A DNA stretch of 63,493 nucleotides, from the NCBI GenBank assembly GCA_043808705.1, contig JAZDEO010000021.1, positions 1-63,493 on the forward strand, given 5' to 3'. The notes beneath the pieces are model-generated. The model was given only the letters and a program-made list of their open reading frames with translations, did not search any database and was not told the DNA's origin. Source of the stretch: an archaeon (GTDB taxonomy: Archaea > Nanobdellota > Nanobdellia > SCGC-AAA011-G17 > GW2011-AR20). The position numbers and the translations under genes are program-made. Below, in pieces: positions 17,841 through 27,092 of this stretch; position 1 is the stretch's first letter, and each line of letters opens with the position of its first letter.

Positions 17841-18911
17841 ATGGGTGTGTTAAAAGAAAAAAGAGGGCAGGTTGGTACTGAATTCTTAATTATTGTGGGT
17901 TTTGTAATTGTTGTTATGGTGCCTATTACTATAATGTATCTTCAGTATTCTGGCCAATCAAGTGATACTGTTACAGCTTCTAAAGTAGAGCATATTACAA
18001 ATGAAATTGCTGCTGCAGCTAGTTCTGTTTTTGCTTATGGAGAAGGTTCTCAAACAAAACTTACATTGGATTTTCCTTCCAATATTAAAGAAATAAGATT
18101 TGAGGGAAATGAGGTAATCTTTATTGTAATTAATTCACAGAGTCTGGAGCAGGAAATTGTTCAAGTAACTGATGTTGAATTTATGGGAAATAGTAATATA
18201 TATGTAATGCCTGGTAAAAAAGATATTATTGTAAAGGCTGTTTATGATCCTGTATCTCAAACAAATAAGGTTAGTGTTACAATGCCTTGTGAAGATGGCG
18301 ATATTAGATGTTGTACAACATCTGAAGAGAATCAGATTAATAATGTTTATACTACAAATTATGATTGTAATTATAAATGTTCAAACAAAGCTTGGATATT
18401 AAACTCTTTATGTGATTCTGGTTCTTGTACTGTGGGAGAGGATTGTGTTGCGTCCAGTATAGATTGTCAAGCTGAAGGAGGTACTTGTGTTCAAGTTTAT
18501 GACCCTTGTCCAATAGATCCAATATTAACATACCCTATAGGCATATGTCAAAACACCTTACAGGTATGTTGTAAAGGTGTAGAAATAGCACCCGCATGTA
18601 ATGACGGAGATACCCAATGTAAAACTGGAATTGATTGTCAATATGCTGGATTTTCTGTTCAGTCCTGTGTGTATACATGCCTAAATAACGCTTTTTACCT
18701 ATCTAGTCTTTGTGACAGTTGTCCAGAAGGAGGAGGCAACTGTGTAATAAATGATAATGGGGGTCCTGGTGGTTGTTTCCCTTATGCAATTGGTTGTAGA
18801 GATCCAGGAGAACAAACTTGTAATGGTGGAGGTATGATGTGGAGTTATCCTCCTGATGTTTGTGGTTCTGTATCCTCTTTTAGCATATGTTGCGTTTCTG
18901 ATGGATCATAA
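17841..18911 (+). CDS. Pilin-like protein (class III signal peptide) with Cys-rich C-terminal domain
   Basis: N-terminus KRGQVGTEFLIIVGFVIVV is prepilin-type. From aa 150 onward there are ~36 Cys, including two copies of the module C-x-DGD-x-x-C…C-x-Y-x-C-x-N-x-A-[WF]-x-L-x-S-L-C-D-S. Confidence 0.7.
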   Translation: MGVLKEKRGQVGTEFLIIVGFVIVVMVPITIMYLQYSGQSSDTVTASKVEHITNEIAAAASSVFAYGEGSQTKLTLDFPSNIKEIRFEGNEVIFIVINSQSLEQEIVQVTDVEFMGNSNIYVMPGKKDIIVKAVYDPVSQTNKVSVTMPCEDGDIRCCTTSEENQINNVYTTNYDCNYKCSNKAWILNSLCDSGSCTVGEDCVASSIDCQAEGGTCVQVYDPCPIDPILTYPIGICQNTLQVCCKGVEIAPACNDGDTQCKTGIDCQYAGFSVQSCVYTCLNNAFYLSSLCDSCPEGGGNCVINDNGGPGGCFPYAIGCRDPGEQTCNGGGMMWSYPPDVCGSVSSFSICCVSDGS

Positions 18912-18924
18912 AATTTTTTAAAAT

Positions 18925-19632
18925 ATGAAAAAAACTCAGGTTTCAACGGAATTTTTGATTTTTGTAAGCATGTCTGTAGTTTTGTTAATGGTTTATATGG
19001 CAATAGCCAATAATTTCCTGAATATAGCTTATCAGCAGAAGGAGGTAATATCTGCTCAAGATCTGGCTAAAATATTAAGAAATGAATTTAACCTTGCTTC
19101 AAGGGTTGAGAATGGATATATAAAAGAATTTCAACTGCCTTATCAAGTTGATTATAAAGACTATGATATTGAAATTCCTCCTAGTGGAAGAGAGATTTCT
19201 ATATCCTATGCAGATGATCCTAATATAGACTTTACTGAGATGCTGTCTACTAATGTAAGTGTTATTGGTGCTGTATTAAAACCTGGAAACACCATATTTA
19301 TTAAAAAACAAAATGACAATGTTGTTGTATCATCACCATATTGTGTCAGTTCACAACAAAATACAATAGAGTGTAGATCTGGTAAAGATGTTTGTGTAAG
19401 TGGTACTTTTTCTGTTGAAAAATGCGCCTACAAATGTGTTTTCGGTAACTGGATACTTTGGAGTTTCTGTGATATTTGTGACTCTACTTGTATCATTAAT
19501 GAACCAGACTGTAGTCCTCCATTTACTGCTTGCAGTACTATATCTCCCGGCCTTTCTTGGACTAATGATCCTTGTGGGATTTTTTCAACAGAACTTCCTA
19601 ATCTTAAGCTTTGTTATCAAACAGGAACATAA
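18925..19632 (+). CDS. Pilin-like protein (class III signal peptide-like) with Cys-rich C-terminal domain
   Basis: N-terminus MKKTQVSTEFLIFVSMSVVLL. The C-terminal third contains CAYKCVFGNWILWSFCDIC, related to the module in 17841-18911. Confidence 0.65.
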   Translation: MKKTQVSTEFLIFVSMSVVLLMVYMAIANNFLNIAYQQKEVISAQDLAKILRNEFNLASRVENGYIKEFQLPYQVDYKDYDIEIPPSGREISISYADDPNIDFTEMLSTNVSVIGAVLKPGNTIFIKKQNDNVVVSSPYCVSSQQNTIECRSGKDVCVSGTFSVEKCAYKCVFGNWILWSFCDICDSTCIINEPDCSPPFTACSTISPGLSWTNDPCGIFSTELPNLKLCYQTGT

Positions 19633-19668
19633 AATAAGATTATAAGAGGAATTAATCTTTTTATTAAT

Positions 19669-20883
19669 CTAGTAATTCATCAACTGAATCTTTCTAACAT
19701 TATCCTTGATGTATTTGTCCTTTAATAAAGAAATGATGAAATCATTAAGCTTTGTGAATCTTCTTTTTATTTCTATATAAACTCTATCTTCATCTTTCTT
19801 AATTTCGTAGTTCTGCCATTTTTTAACAAATTCTTCAACATACTTTTCCTCATTTTGTGGGGGCCCATAATGTTTTTTTAATGAACTTAAATTATTATTC
19901 TTAATATAAAACCAAAAGAAAGCTTGTTTATCAAAGCTCCAATCAGATTTTGTAACTTTAAAGCCCTCTTCATTAAGTTTCTTGTTAATGTAAACAAATG
20001 ATTTAAGTAATTTAGATCCAATTACATCTTTTTTACCATCTAAAGGCCAGGCCTTTATTATTAATAAAGTATTATTTCCTGATTCTAGTTTTAATTCAGT
20101 AATGTCTATTTTTTTCTCAATGAAAAAATCATTGCTGGGATTTTTCATAAATTCCTTACAGCTCTTAATGAATTTTTCAAATTTGTCTTCTGATAAAGCA
20201 GCTGCTGCATTTCTATCTTGTTGTACTGGATCTATTACTATTAAAGGACTTAATTTAGCCTTGTTTAATTTTTTAAAAGCTTCTTGATTGTTTTTATAGA
20301 ATTTTGATACATCTATTAGTGTTGATTTATCCCAAGAAGATGCTTTCTCAACTAAGTTAAAAAAGGTTTTATAATAAACTGTTAAGATCTCTAGAACATA
20401 ACCTGAAAATCCCCTTATATATGATTCTGCCCCATAAACATTTTGGGCTTTACAGAATTTTTTAATTAATCTTACTTGATCTGGATCTTTTAAACTAGCT
20501 TTAACCCATTTAGTGTGTAAAGGGCTTACATCAGTTATGTTTTTGGCTTGTTTTGAATCTTCTATGTCTAGAACAGGAATAAGCTCTATTACATAATCTC
20601 CTTTTTTGATTTGAAAATAATCTCTAGAACCGTGAACTAGCTTATATTTCTTTAATCTGCCTTTTAATATATTACTTAGATCCTTATCTTTGTACTTTTC
20701 ATAAGGGAATCTTACAAATACATCTATATCATGACTGTTTTTGAGCCAGGTGTTTTTAGCAAAACTGCCTCCTAGCTCTAGATTTAAATCATCTAGTTTT
20801 AAGCTCTTAAGAACCTTATTTACTATATCTAATACTAGTCTTTCATCTTCTTTACTAGGTTTTATTTCTTCTAGTATTTTCAT
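19669..20883 (-). CDS. cca: CCA-adding tRNA nucleotidyltransferase, archaeal class I
   Basis: GGSFAKNTWLKNSHDIDVFV nucleotidyltransferase motif, with length typical of archaeal CCA enzymes. Confidence 0.85.
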   Translation of the reverse strand: MKILEEIKPSKEDERLVLDIVNKVLKSLKLDDLNLELGGSFAKNTWLKNSHDIDVFVRFPYEKYKDKDLSNILKGRLKKYKLVHGSRDYFQIKKGDYVIELIPVLDIEDSKQAKNITDVSPLHTKWVKASLKDPDQVRLIKKFCKAQNVYGAESYIRGFSGYVLEILTVYYKTFFNLVEKASSWDKSTLIDVSKFYKNNQEAFKKLNKAKLSPLIVIDPVQQDRNAAAALSEDKFEKFIKSCKEFMKNPSNDFFIEKKIDITELKLESGNNTLLIIKAWPLDGKKDVIGSKLLKSFVYINKKLNEEGFKVTKSDWSFDKQAFFWFYIKNNNLSSLKKHYGPPQNEEKYVEEFVKKWQNYEIKKDEDRVYIEIKRRFTKLNDFIISLLKDKYIKDNVRKIQLMNY

Positions 20884-20935
20884 AAAACAGATAAAGAATT
20901 TGTATTATATAAACTTTTAGTTAACCTAGTTAATT

Positions 20936-21211
20936 TTAATTAAGACCAAAAGAATCCATAAATTCTAATATGACATTATACTTACTTAGAAAGTTAAAAC
21001 CCTTATCTGTTAGAGAATATGTTCTGCCCTGTTTTGTTTGGAGTTCAACTATAAAATTCTTAGATATAAGCTCTTTTAAATAGATATCCATCATCTTGTG
21101 AGAAAGGTTTGATTTGTACATTATATGTGTTGGTTTTATCTTTCCATTTTTTAATTTAATAGATTCCAGAATATCATGAATGACCTGAATCCTGTCTCTT
21201 TTCTTATTCAT
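20936..21211 (-). CDS. Winged-helix DNA-binding protein
   Basis: 91 aa. RDRIQVIHDILESI…IMYKSNLSHKMMDIYLKELISKNFI resembles small archaeal wHTH regulators. Confidence 0.65.
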   Translation of the reverse strand: MNKKRDRIQVIHDILESIKLKNGKIKPTHIMYKSNLSHKMMDIYLKELISKNFIVELQTKQGRTYSLTDKGFNFLSKYNVILEFMDSFGLN

Positions 21212-21870
21212 TTTTTTAATACTAATATTAAATCTATCAAGATAAGTAAATAAGCAATAAACTCAAGCAGATGGGCTATTACATAAAAGCTTCCATAGGT
21301 TAATGAAAAGATAAAATGAATATGCGCAAATAACAAAAATATGAATGCTATTAATACTAGGAGATTTTTAGTATGTTTTGTTTTAAGGTACACAAATAGA
21401 TAATATAATGAGATGTACACAAAAAATATTGATGAAAGTATATAAAATAGGTTTATTTTATTTAAGCTGAATATTAAAGATAAAAATGATAAAATAAATA
21501 ATAATGAAAGTACTCTTGTGTCTTTAATTTTAAGTGTGGTGTATGTTAATACAATTAGTCCTGCAATAAAAAAGAATATGTGGGTATAAATACCTATTAG
21601 ATTTAGAGTTGTAACACTCTTTATTTGTAACATAGTACATATATTGTCATTTAATTTATTGAGAATTAGAAAATTTAAAATTGATTGAATCAAGTATGAT
21701 ATTGATATTAAAAAGAAGGATAATGCAAATAATTTTGATTGCCTTTGTTCTGTAAACTTATAAACTTTATAAGCATATAATGCTACTAGTAATGTAACTA
21801 CTGCAAATACAACTTCAAGCAGGATATCATAGCCTAAGAACCAATTAGGAATTATATATATATTAGCCAT
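21208..21870 (-). CDS. Polytopic membrane protein (hypothetical)
   Basis: About 7 hydrophobic helices. Start/stop overlap with the wHTH gene. Confidence 0.65.
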   Translation of the reverse strand: MANIYIIPNWFLGYDILLEVVFAVVTLLVALYAYKVYKFTEQRQSKLFALSFFLISISYLIQSILNFLILNKLNDNICTMLQIKSVTTLNLIGIYTHIFFFIAGLIVLTYTTLKIKDTRVLSLLFILSFLSLIFSLNKINLFYILSSIFFVYISLYYLFVYLKTKHTKNLLVLIAFIFLLFAHIHFIFSLTYGSFYVIAHLLEFIAYLLILIDLILVLKK

Positions 21871-21993
21871 ATTGTTAAAATGCTTCTTTCATTTTTAAGC
21901 TTTATGTATTCTGGTTCTTTATTTATCTTTAATAAGGGATATATAAGAGCTTTACTTATAATATAATAACAAAGTTTTTAGGAGGTTGTAAAA

Positions 21994-22122
21994 ATGGCGA
22001 AGAAAGATGATATTGAAGAGGAGCTGGTTATAAAAGAGTTAAGGATAATTTATTGGGAAAAATATAATACTGTTCCAAGCAGAGGAGAATTAATGAATCT
22101 TGTTGAAGGATGGGAAGAATGA
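21994..22122 (+). CDS. Small ORF (42 aa), hypothetical
   Basis: GGAGGT sits 8 nt upstream of the ATG. ATGA overlap with the next small ORF. Below the ORF-track size cutoff. Confidence 0.3.
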   Translation: MAKKDDIEEELVIKELRIIYWEKYNTVPSRGELMNLVEGWEE

Positions 22123-22226
22123 AATATAGAAAACAACGTTATAATAGATTATTAATAAATGAGATTTATGGTTATGATAGAATCTATGAACCTGAAGAAC
22201 TTGAAGAGGATCTAGACATAAAATAA
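22119..22226 (+). CDS. Small ORF (35 aa), hypothetical
   Basis: Start overlaps the stop of 21994-22122 (ATGA). Basic N-terminus and acidic C-terminus. Confidence 0.25.
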   Translation: MKYRKQRYNRLLINEIYGYDRIYEPEELEEDLDIK

Positions 22227-22267
22227 TAATAAAATAAATGATAAACAAATAAGGAGTTTTAAGTAAG

Positions 22268-22527
22268 ATGAAGAAGAATATTTTTGGTTTAATTTTGTTA
22301 TTCCTTTTGTTATCAATAGTAACTGTTTATGCATATCAAAGCAGTTACATAGATAATATGATGAATAATAATGGGGTAAATAGTAATATGATGAATAATG
22401 GTATGATGAATATATGGATAATATGCATGAATCTATGATAAAAAATATTGATGATTCTGAACTTATTGAAGATATGAATGAAATGCATGAAAGATGTGAA
22501 AAAATTCATGAAAATTATGCTCAATGA
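22268..22527 (+). pseudogene. Small secreted Met/Asn/His-rich protein, apparently split by a frameshift
   Basis: ORF 22268-22438 has a signal peptide (MKKNIFGLILLFLLLSIVTVYA) followed by NMMNNN repeats. ORF 22414-22527, in another frame, continues the same composition (MDNMHESM…MNEMHERCEKIHENYAQ). Confidence 0.3.
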
Positions 22528-22560
22528 ATGACCTGTACTCACCTCTTTTTTCCCAGGAAG

Positions 22561-22581
22561 GCCCTTATATGATATAAGGGC
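22561..22581. terminator. Perfect 10-bp inverted repeat between convergent genes
   Basis: GCCCTTATAT-G-ATATAAGGGC followed by a T-rich stretch. Lies between the plus-strand small ORFs and the minus-strand glycosyltransferase. Confidence 0.35.
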
Positions 22582-22662
22582 TTTCGTGGGTTTTAAAACT
22601 TAAGAATATTATTAATAATGTAAGTTGATTAATAATGTAAGGTTACTTCTTAAACTTCTTGA

Positions 22663-23772
22663 TCATTCACCGAGATTTTTTTCAGCTTCAGAAATTAATA
22701 TTCCAACAACCTCTTTTGTAGAATTGTTTATATTTAAATTCTTTATTTTATTCTCTAATTTTATCTTGTTCTTTAAAAAGTTCTTTATATGATAATAAAT
22801 ATGCTCTTCAGTACAATCTAATCTTTTATGAATTATATAGGGTTCAAATTCATTAATGACTGATAGTTGTTCAATATGGTTTTCTATTGGAAATACTAGA
22901 CATGGTTTTTTATAAAGCAATGCCTCTGATAATGTTGAGAATCCAGCTAATGTTATGACTCCTTTGCATACCTTTAGATATTCTAAGAAGTTTTCTTTAA
23001 ACTTAAAACCAGTAATATTTTCCTTTTCTATTTCATAACCAAATATAACAAATTGTTCATCAAAATCTTCTACAACATTAATTATTTTTTCAACAAGCTG
23101 CAGTCCAAATTTAGAGCCGCCTAACATGATAAGTATTGGCTCTTTTTTTAGATTTAATTTCTTCATTAAAGCTTCTTTAGATCCTAGTTCTTCTTTATCT
23201 CTTCTTATTATTAGGTCAACGGGCCTTATAAACTCTGCATTATCTTTGTTAGTATTATCTCTGTTAGTTATCTCTTTGTTAATGCTCTCTTTGTTAATAC
23301 AGGGCACTATGATTGTTTTCCTAAATAATTTTAAAAGCTTGAACTGAAAGTTAAGAAGTGTTTTTTGGAATTTTAAACTTGTGTTTAAGTCTAGACCTTT
23401 TATTTTTTCAGGGCTATAGTTAAAGATAAATATTGATTTTTTAAAGAACAGTCCTATTGGCTCAAAATCAGATATTATTAAGTCTGGCTTATTCTTCATT
23501 ACGTATATTTTTAGTTTTATCAAGTTGTAAAACCATTTTAAAAAAAGGCTCCAATTTATTATTAAATTCTTTATCAGTTTGAATTCTTGGTCATTATTTG
23601 AAAAACCAACAGATGCTAGTTTTATTGTATCATATCTATCTTTAAAATAGTTATAAGAGATATTGTAACAGGCTATTGTTACATCATTATCCTTTTCTAA
23701 GAATCTTATAAGTGCCTCATCTCTTGTACAATGGCCTAGAGCAATTCCTGTTGTTAGGAAGAGGTATTTCAT
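22663..23772 (-). CDS. Glycosyltransferase (GT28/MurG-like C-terminal domain)
   Basis: N-terminal GIALGHCTRD, then LGGSKFG and AGFSTLSEAL…KPCLVFP motifs. Confidence 0.75.
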   Translation of the reverse strand: MKYLFLTTGIALGHCTRDEALIRFLEKDNDVTIACYNISYNYFKDRYDTIKLASVGFSNNDQEFKLIKNLIINWSLFLKWFYNLIKLKIYVMKNKPDLIISDFEPIGLFFKKSIFIFNYSPEKIKGLDLNTSLKFQKTLLNFQFKLLKLFRKTIIVPCINKESINKEITNRDNTNKDNAEFIRPVDLIIRRDKEELGSKEALMKKLNLKKEPILIMLGGSKFGLQLVEKIINVVEDFDEQFVIFGYEIEKENITGFKFKENFLEYLKVCKGVITLAGFSTLSEALLYKKPCLVFPIENHIEQLSVINEFEPYIIHKRLDCTEEHIYYHIKNFLKNKIKLENKIKNLNINNSTKEVVGILISEAEKNLGE

Positions 23773-23855
23773 AGTATATACTTTAATTTAAATAGTATAT
23801 TAAGATTTCTATTGAATATGTCCTTATAATTTAAAAGATTAGTTTTTTATATTTT

Positions 23856-24251
23856 ATGAATTTAGATAATTTTATGATTAGGACAAGAATTGTAAAGAAT
23901 ATATGTTTATTATTAGCTCCAATTATAATTGGTTGTAGCTCTGGCAGTAAAGAAATAAGGGCTGATTTTAATCTTGATGGACTAGAAGACATAGTTTTTG
24001 TTGATGAAAGAAAAGGTAGTAATAAGGTTTTAATTAATTATCAAGATAGAGTTATTAAACCTGTTGTAGAGATATCTTATGATCAGGGTATTAGTGGTTT
24101 AGAACTAAAAGATTATAATAATGATGGAAGACCTGATGTGGGTGTATTTGTTCATCAAAAAGGACTAATTGAGAAGTTAACAATAAGAAAAAAGGTCTAC
24201 AATGAAGGAAATGATGTTTATGACAATACTACAATCTTTTCTGAAGAATAA
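23856..24251 (+). CDS. Predicted lipoprotein with FG-GAP/VCBS-like repeats
   Basis: Lipobox LLAPIIIGC after a hydrophobic stretch. Repeats DFNLDGLEDIVFVD and DYNNDGRPDVGVFV. Confidence 0.65.
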   Translation: MNLDNFMIRTRIVKNICLLLAPIIIGCSSGSKEIRADFNLDGLEDIVFVDERKGSNKVLINYQDRVIKPVVEISYDQGISGLELKDYNNDGRPDVGVFVHQKGLIEKLTIRKKVYNEGNDVYDNTTIFSEE

Positions 24252-24283
24252 TAATAGATTAAATTTAAATATTTTTGAATAAT

Positions 24284-24907
24284 TTACTGTAACTTGTAAA
24301 ATTTCTCAGCATACTTACACTTGTTTTTAAAACCGTAAAGCCTGCTTCTTACATACATTGGAAGAATTAAAGTGTACATGAAATGCCATTGGCTCTTAAA
24401 TTCTTTCATAATTTGGATTTTTTTCTTAGCGTATTTATCTATATTTATATAAATTGAGGGATTATCTTCATTAACTATGTTCCATACCTCATATGAATAA
24501 AGATCTTTATCATAATTTCTCTTTTTTAGCAAAATTGATATTATTTCGTTAACAGACCTATGATCTATATGGGGATCTTTGCTTGATGGAATAAATATCT
24601 TTTCAGGATTGTATTGCTCTAGAACTTCAATAATTCTCTTTTCTGCATTTTCATTAAATGATTCTTTTATTTTAGCATCTTCTATATTTAGAAATAGAAC
24701 TTCTCTTAGATTTATCTCTTTGCTTATCTTTAAGGTTTCACGAACTCTTCTTTTTATTATTACCTCTTCCTTAAAATGTGGTTGAGATTTTTCCCCCGAT
24801 GAAAAAACAACTTTTATTACATTATTACCTTCATCAATATACTTTAGAATAGTACCCATCATTCCAGTTTCATCATCTGAATGTGCTGTAAATACTACTA
24901 TGTTCAT
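24284..24907 (-). CDS. PIG-L/LmbE family deacetylase
   Basis: N-terminal FTAHSDDE motif and a later HIDH motif. Confidence 0.85.
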   Translation of the reverse strand: MNIVVFTAHSDDETGMMGTILKYIDEGNNVIKVVFSSGEKSQPHFKEEVIIKRRVRETLKISKEINLREVLFLNIEDAKIKESFNENAEKRIIEVLEQYNPEKIFIPSSKDPHIDHRSVNEIISILLKKRNYDKDLYSYEVWNIVNEDNPSIYINIDKYAKKKIQIMKEFKSQWHFMYTLILPMYVRSRLYGFKNKCKYAEKFYKLQ

Positions 24908-24937
24908 AACCTATTTATAGAATTTAGATTTATAAAC

Positions 24938-25888
24938 TTAATTATAATGTATTATTTTAGAGAATCTTTTCATTTCTGATATTAATTTTTTTTCTATCTC
25001 TCTTTCTGAGCTTGAATGGCCTGCGCATACTATATATAGTTTAGAATTCTTTAATCTGCTATGAAGATTGAATGCATTTATTGCAGGACATACAAAATCA
25101 TATCTTCCATGAATAATTGATACTGGTATAGAAGAAATTTTATTACAATTATTAAGTATATAATTATTATGAATAAAACAATTGTTCTTAAGATAATAAG
25201 CCTCTAAAGGCGCTAATGATTTATATGAAAATTCTTTCATTAGTTTTAATATTTTCTCTTCTTTTGTTTTTAATTTAAGTATAGACATCTCGTAAAAGGC
25301 CCATTCAAATGTGTATTTCTCTTTAACTTTTTTATCTTTAGAGTTCATCATCTTCAGATAATAAGAAGGGATGCCTTTTTCGTTTCTATATTGTTTGGGG
25401 ACATTTGAAACAAATCTCTCCCATACCTCTGGAAAGAAGTTTTTAATGTCGCCTCCAAAATAATGTTTTATGTCATTTTTTGAACATAAAAAGATTCCTC
25501 TAAGTAACATGCCTGAAACTGTTTTTGGATATTTTATAGCATAAACTAAAGCTAAAGTAGAACCCCAAGATCCTCCAAACAAGAATGTCTTTTTTATTTT
25601 TAGAAATGTTAATAGTTTTTTTATGTCTTCAACTAAGTCAAAAGTGGTGTTTTCTTTTAAAGAGGCAAAGGGTTTACTTCTTCCAGAACCTCTTTGATCA
25701 AATAATATTAATTTATAGACTCGTGGATTAAAGAATCTCTTATCCCTTTCAGAAAAACCGCCTCCAGGACCCCCATGTAAAAATAGAACTGGTTTGCCTT
25801 TAGGGTTCCCATACAGCTCATAATATAGGCTGTGTATTTTTGAAACTTTTAAGTAACCTCTTTTATATGATCTTTTTATTACATTCAT
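24938..25888 (-). CDS. pip: Proline iminopeptidase (alpha/beta hydrolase)
   Basis: LHGGPGGG oxyanion motif and GGSWGS nucleophile elbow. Confidence 0.9.
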   Translation of the reverse strand: MNVIKRSYKRGYLKVSKIHSLYYELYGNPKGKPVLFLHGGPGGGFSERDKRFFNPRVYKLILFDQRGSGRSKPFASLKENTTFDLVEDIKKLLTFLKIKKTFLFGGSWGSTLALVYAIKYPKTVSGMLLRGIFLCSKNDIKHYFGGDIKNFFPEVWERFVSNVPKQYRNEKGIPSYYLKMMNSKDKKVKEKYTFEWAFYEMSILKLKTKEEKILKLMKEFSYKSLAPLEAYYLKNNCFIHNNYILNNCNKISSIPVSIIHGRYDFVCPAINAFNLHSRLKNSKLYIVCAGHSSSEREIEKKLISEMKRFSKIIHYN

Positions 25889-25936
25889 ATATATAATTAG
25901 TATTTGTATGTATAAAAGGGTTTTTATTTTTATATC

Positions 25937-26392
25937 TTATTTATTTTCACAAATAAACATTTCTTCTTGTTTATTAGGGTTAAAATGTAATACAAGGTTA
26001 TTTATTATAAAGAAATCTGTACCAATAATAGAAGGAAAATTATGTGATTCTCTTTTTGCTTCATCAGTTTTTTTACTCGCTTTCGAAACTGAAAACTTTT
26101 CAAGATTTATCTTATGTAATTTTTTATCATCTGTTTTAAAAAGAAGTGAGATTGGTTTGGTGGTAAAGAGATGATATTTGGATCCCCCCATTCTTATTAT
26201 GGGTTCTGAAATTGTAAGAGAATTAAGTGGAAAATTTATTCTTAAAGCTTCACCTTCAGATAAAAATGATTTTGGGCTACCTGTGTCTATAATAAAAGAG
26301 ATGGGTTTGTATGTAACTCTATAATTGGGTGCGTATAATAATGCATTTACCCTTACTTGATTATCTACAAACATTAAGGGTATTCTTATCAT
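25937..26392 (-). CDS. Retropepsin-like aspartic protease
   Basis: FIIDTGSPKS (D-T-G) and IIGTDFF motifs in a 151-aa protein. Confidence 0.65.
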   Translation of the reverse strand: MIRIPLMFVDNQVRVNALLYAPNYRVTYKPISFIIDTGSPKSFLSEGEALRINFPLNSLTISEPIIRMGGSKYHLFTTKPISLLFKTDDKKLHKINLEKFSVSKASKKTDEAKRESHNFPSIIGTDFFIINNLVLHFNPNKQEEMFICENK

Positions 26393-26394
26393 TC

Positions 26395-26625
26395 TCAGAG
26401 TATTATTTTTGTTTTAGAAATAAATTGAATAAAAGTTCCTGAAGGGTCAATTTTCTTTAATTCTAAATTCTTTATTACCTCTTCCATTATAGTACCTACT
26501 GCAACTATCTCATTATCTTTAATTGCTATAAACTTTTCATCATATTTTTCTTTAAGTTTTTTAGAGTTTTTATTAAAAAAGTTCATATCTTCTTCAAATT
26601 TATTTAATAATTCTAAATGTTGCAT
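26395..26625 (-). CDS. Small protein, DUF5678-like (recollection), directly upstream of the protease
   Basis: 76 aa. The stretch KFIAIKDNEIVAVGTIMEEVIKNLE is its recognisable segment. A 2-nt gap separates it from the protease gene. Confidence 0.5.
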   Translation of the reverse strand: MQHLELLNKFEEDMNFFNKNSKKLKEKYDEKFIAIKDNEIVAVGTIMEEVIKNLELKKIDPSGTFIQFISKTKIIL

Positions 26626-26721
26626 TTTTATTATTCAACCTCCTTCTCTCAAAAGTTAAGTAATTATAATAATATATAAATTTATCTTTTAGTTAACTAG
26701 GGACTCTAACCGAAAGGCTTA

Positions 26722-26807
26722 TGCGCCAGCTGGGATTTGAACCCAGGTCACAAGCTTACTTCTTTAAAAATGGAAGGCTCGAATACTAACCACTGTACTA
26801 CTGGCGC
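26722..26807 (-). tRNA. tRNA-Gly(TCC) with a 14-nt intron at 37/38
   Basis: GCGCCAG-TA-GTAC-AGTGGTTA-GTAT-T-CGAGC-CTTCCA[TTTTTAAAGAAGTA]A-GCTTG-TGAC-CTGGG-TTCAAAT-CCCAG-CTGGCGC-A. That is 72 nt of mature tRNA plus 14 nt of intron. Confidence 0.85.
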
Positions 26808-26831
26808 TTAACGTTATTGAGAAAATTTTAA

Positions 26832-26840
26832 TTTATAAAG
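26832..26840 (-). promoter_or_regulatory. TATA-like box for tRNA-Gly
   Basis: Minus-sense CTTTATAAA lies ~25-33 nt upstream of the tRNA 5' end. Confidence 0.3.
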
Positions 26841-26891
26841 ATATTTATTTTAGAAATAGTTGTTAGAAATGTTAGAAGGATATATATCAAA

Positions 26892-27092
26892 TTATTTTAA
26901 GAAGGTTATAAGATCATCCAGTAATCTTACATGTCTGTCTTTATCATTCTTTATTTCAGTAATTATTGTTAATACCCCTTTATTCTTATAATTACTTAAA
27001 TCTTCCTGATAGGCTCTTCTTGCAAGTATTTCAACACCCTTAATATTTTTTAGCCTTTCTATAATATCTAGTTTAGTAATTATCTTCTCCAT
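26892..27092 (-). CDS. Hypothetical helical protein (66 aa)
   Basis: ORF overlapping the upstream gene by 20 nt. No confident family. Confidence 0.45.
   Translation of the reverse strand: MEKIITKLDIIERLKNIKGVEILARRAYQEDLSNYKNKGVLTIITEIKNDKDRHVRLLDDLITFLK

Noticed and set aside
25908-26174. Plus-strand 88-aa ORF. Similar shadow ORFs occur at 16234-16473(+), 22345-22542(-), 42454-42651(+), 62709-63011(+) and 63200-63415(+).
   Set aside because: Each overlaps a better-supported gene on the other strand. Their low-complexity Leu/Phe/Ile-rich translations are typical of AT-rich antisense frames.
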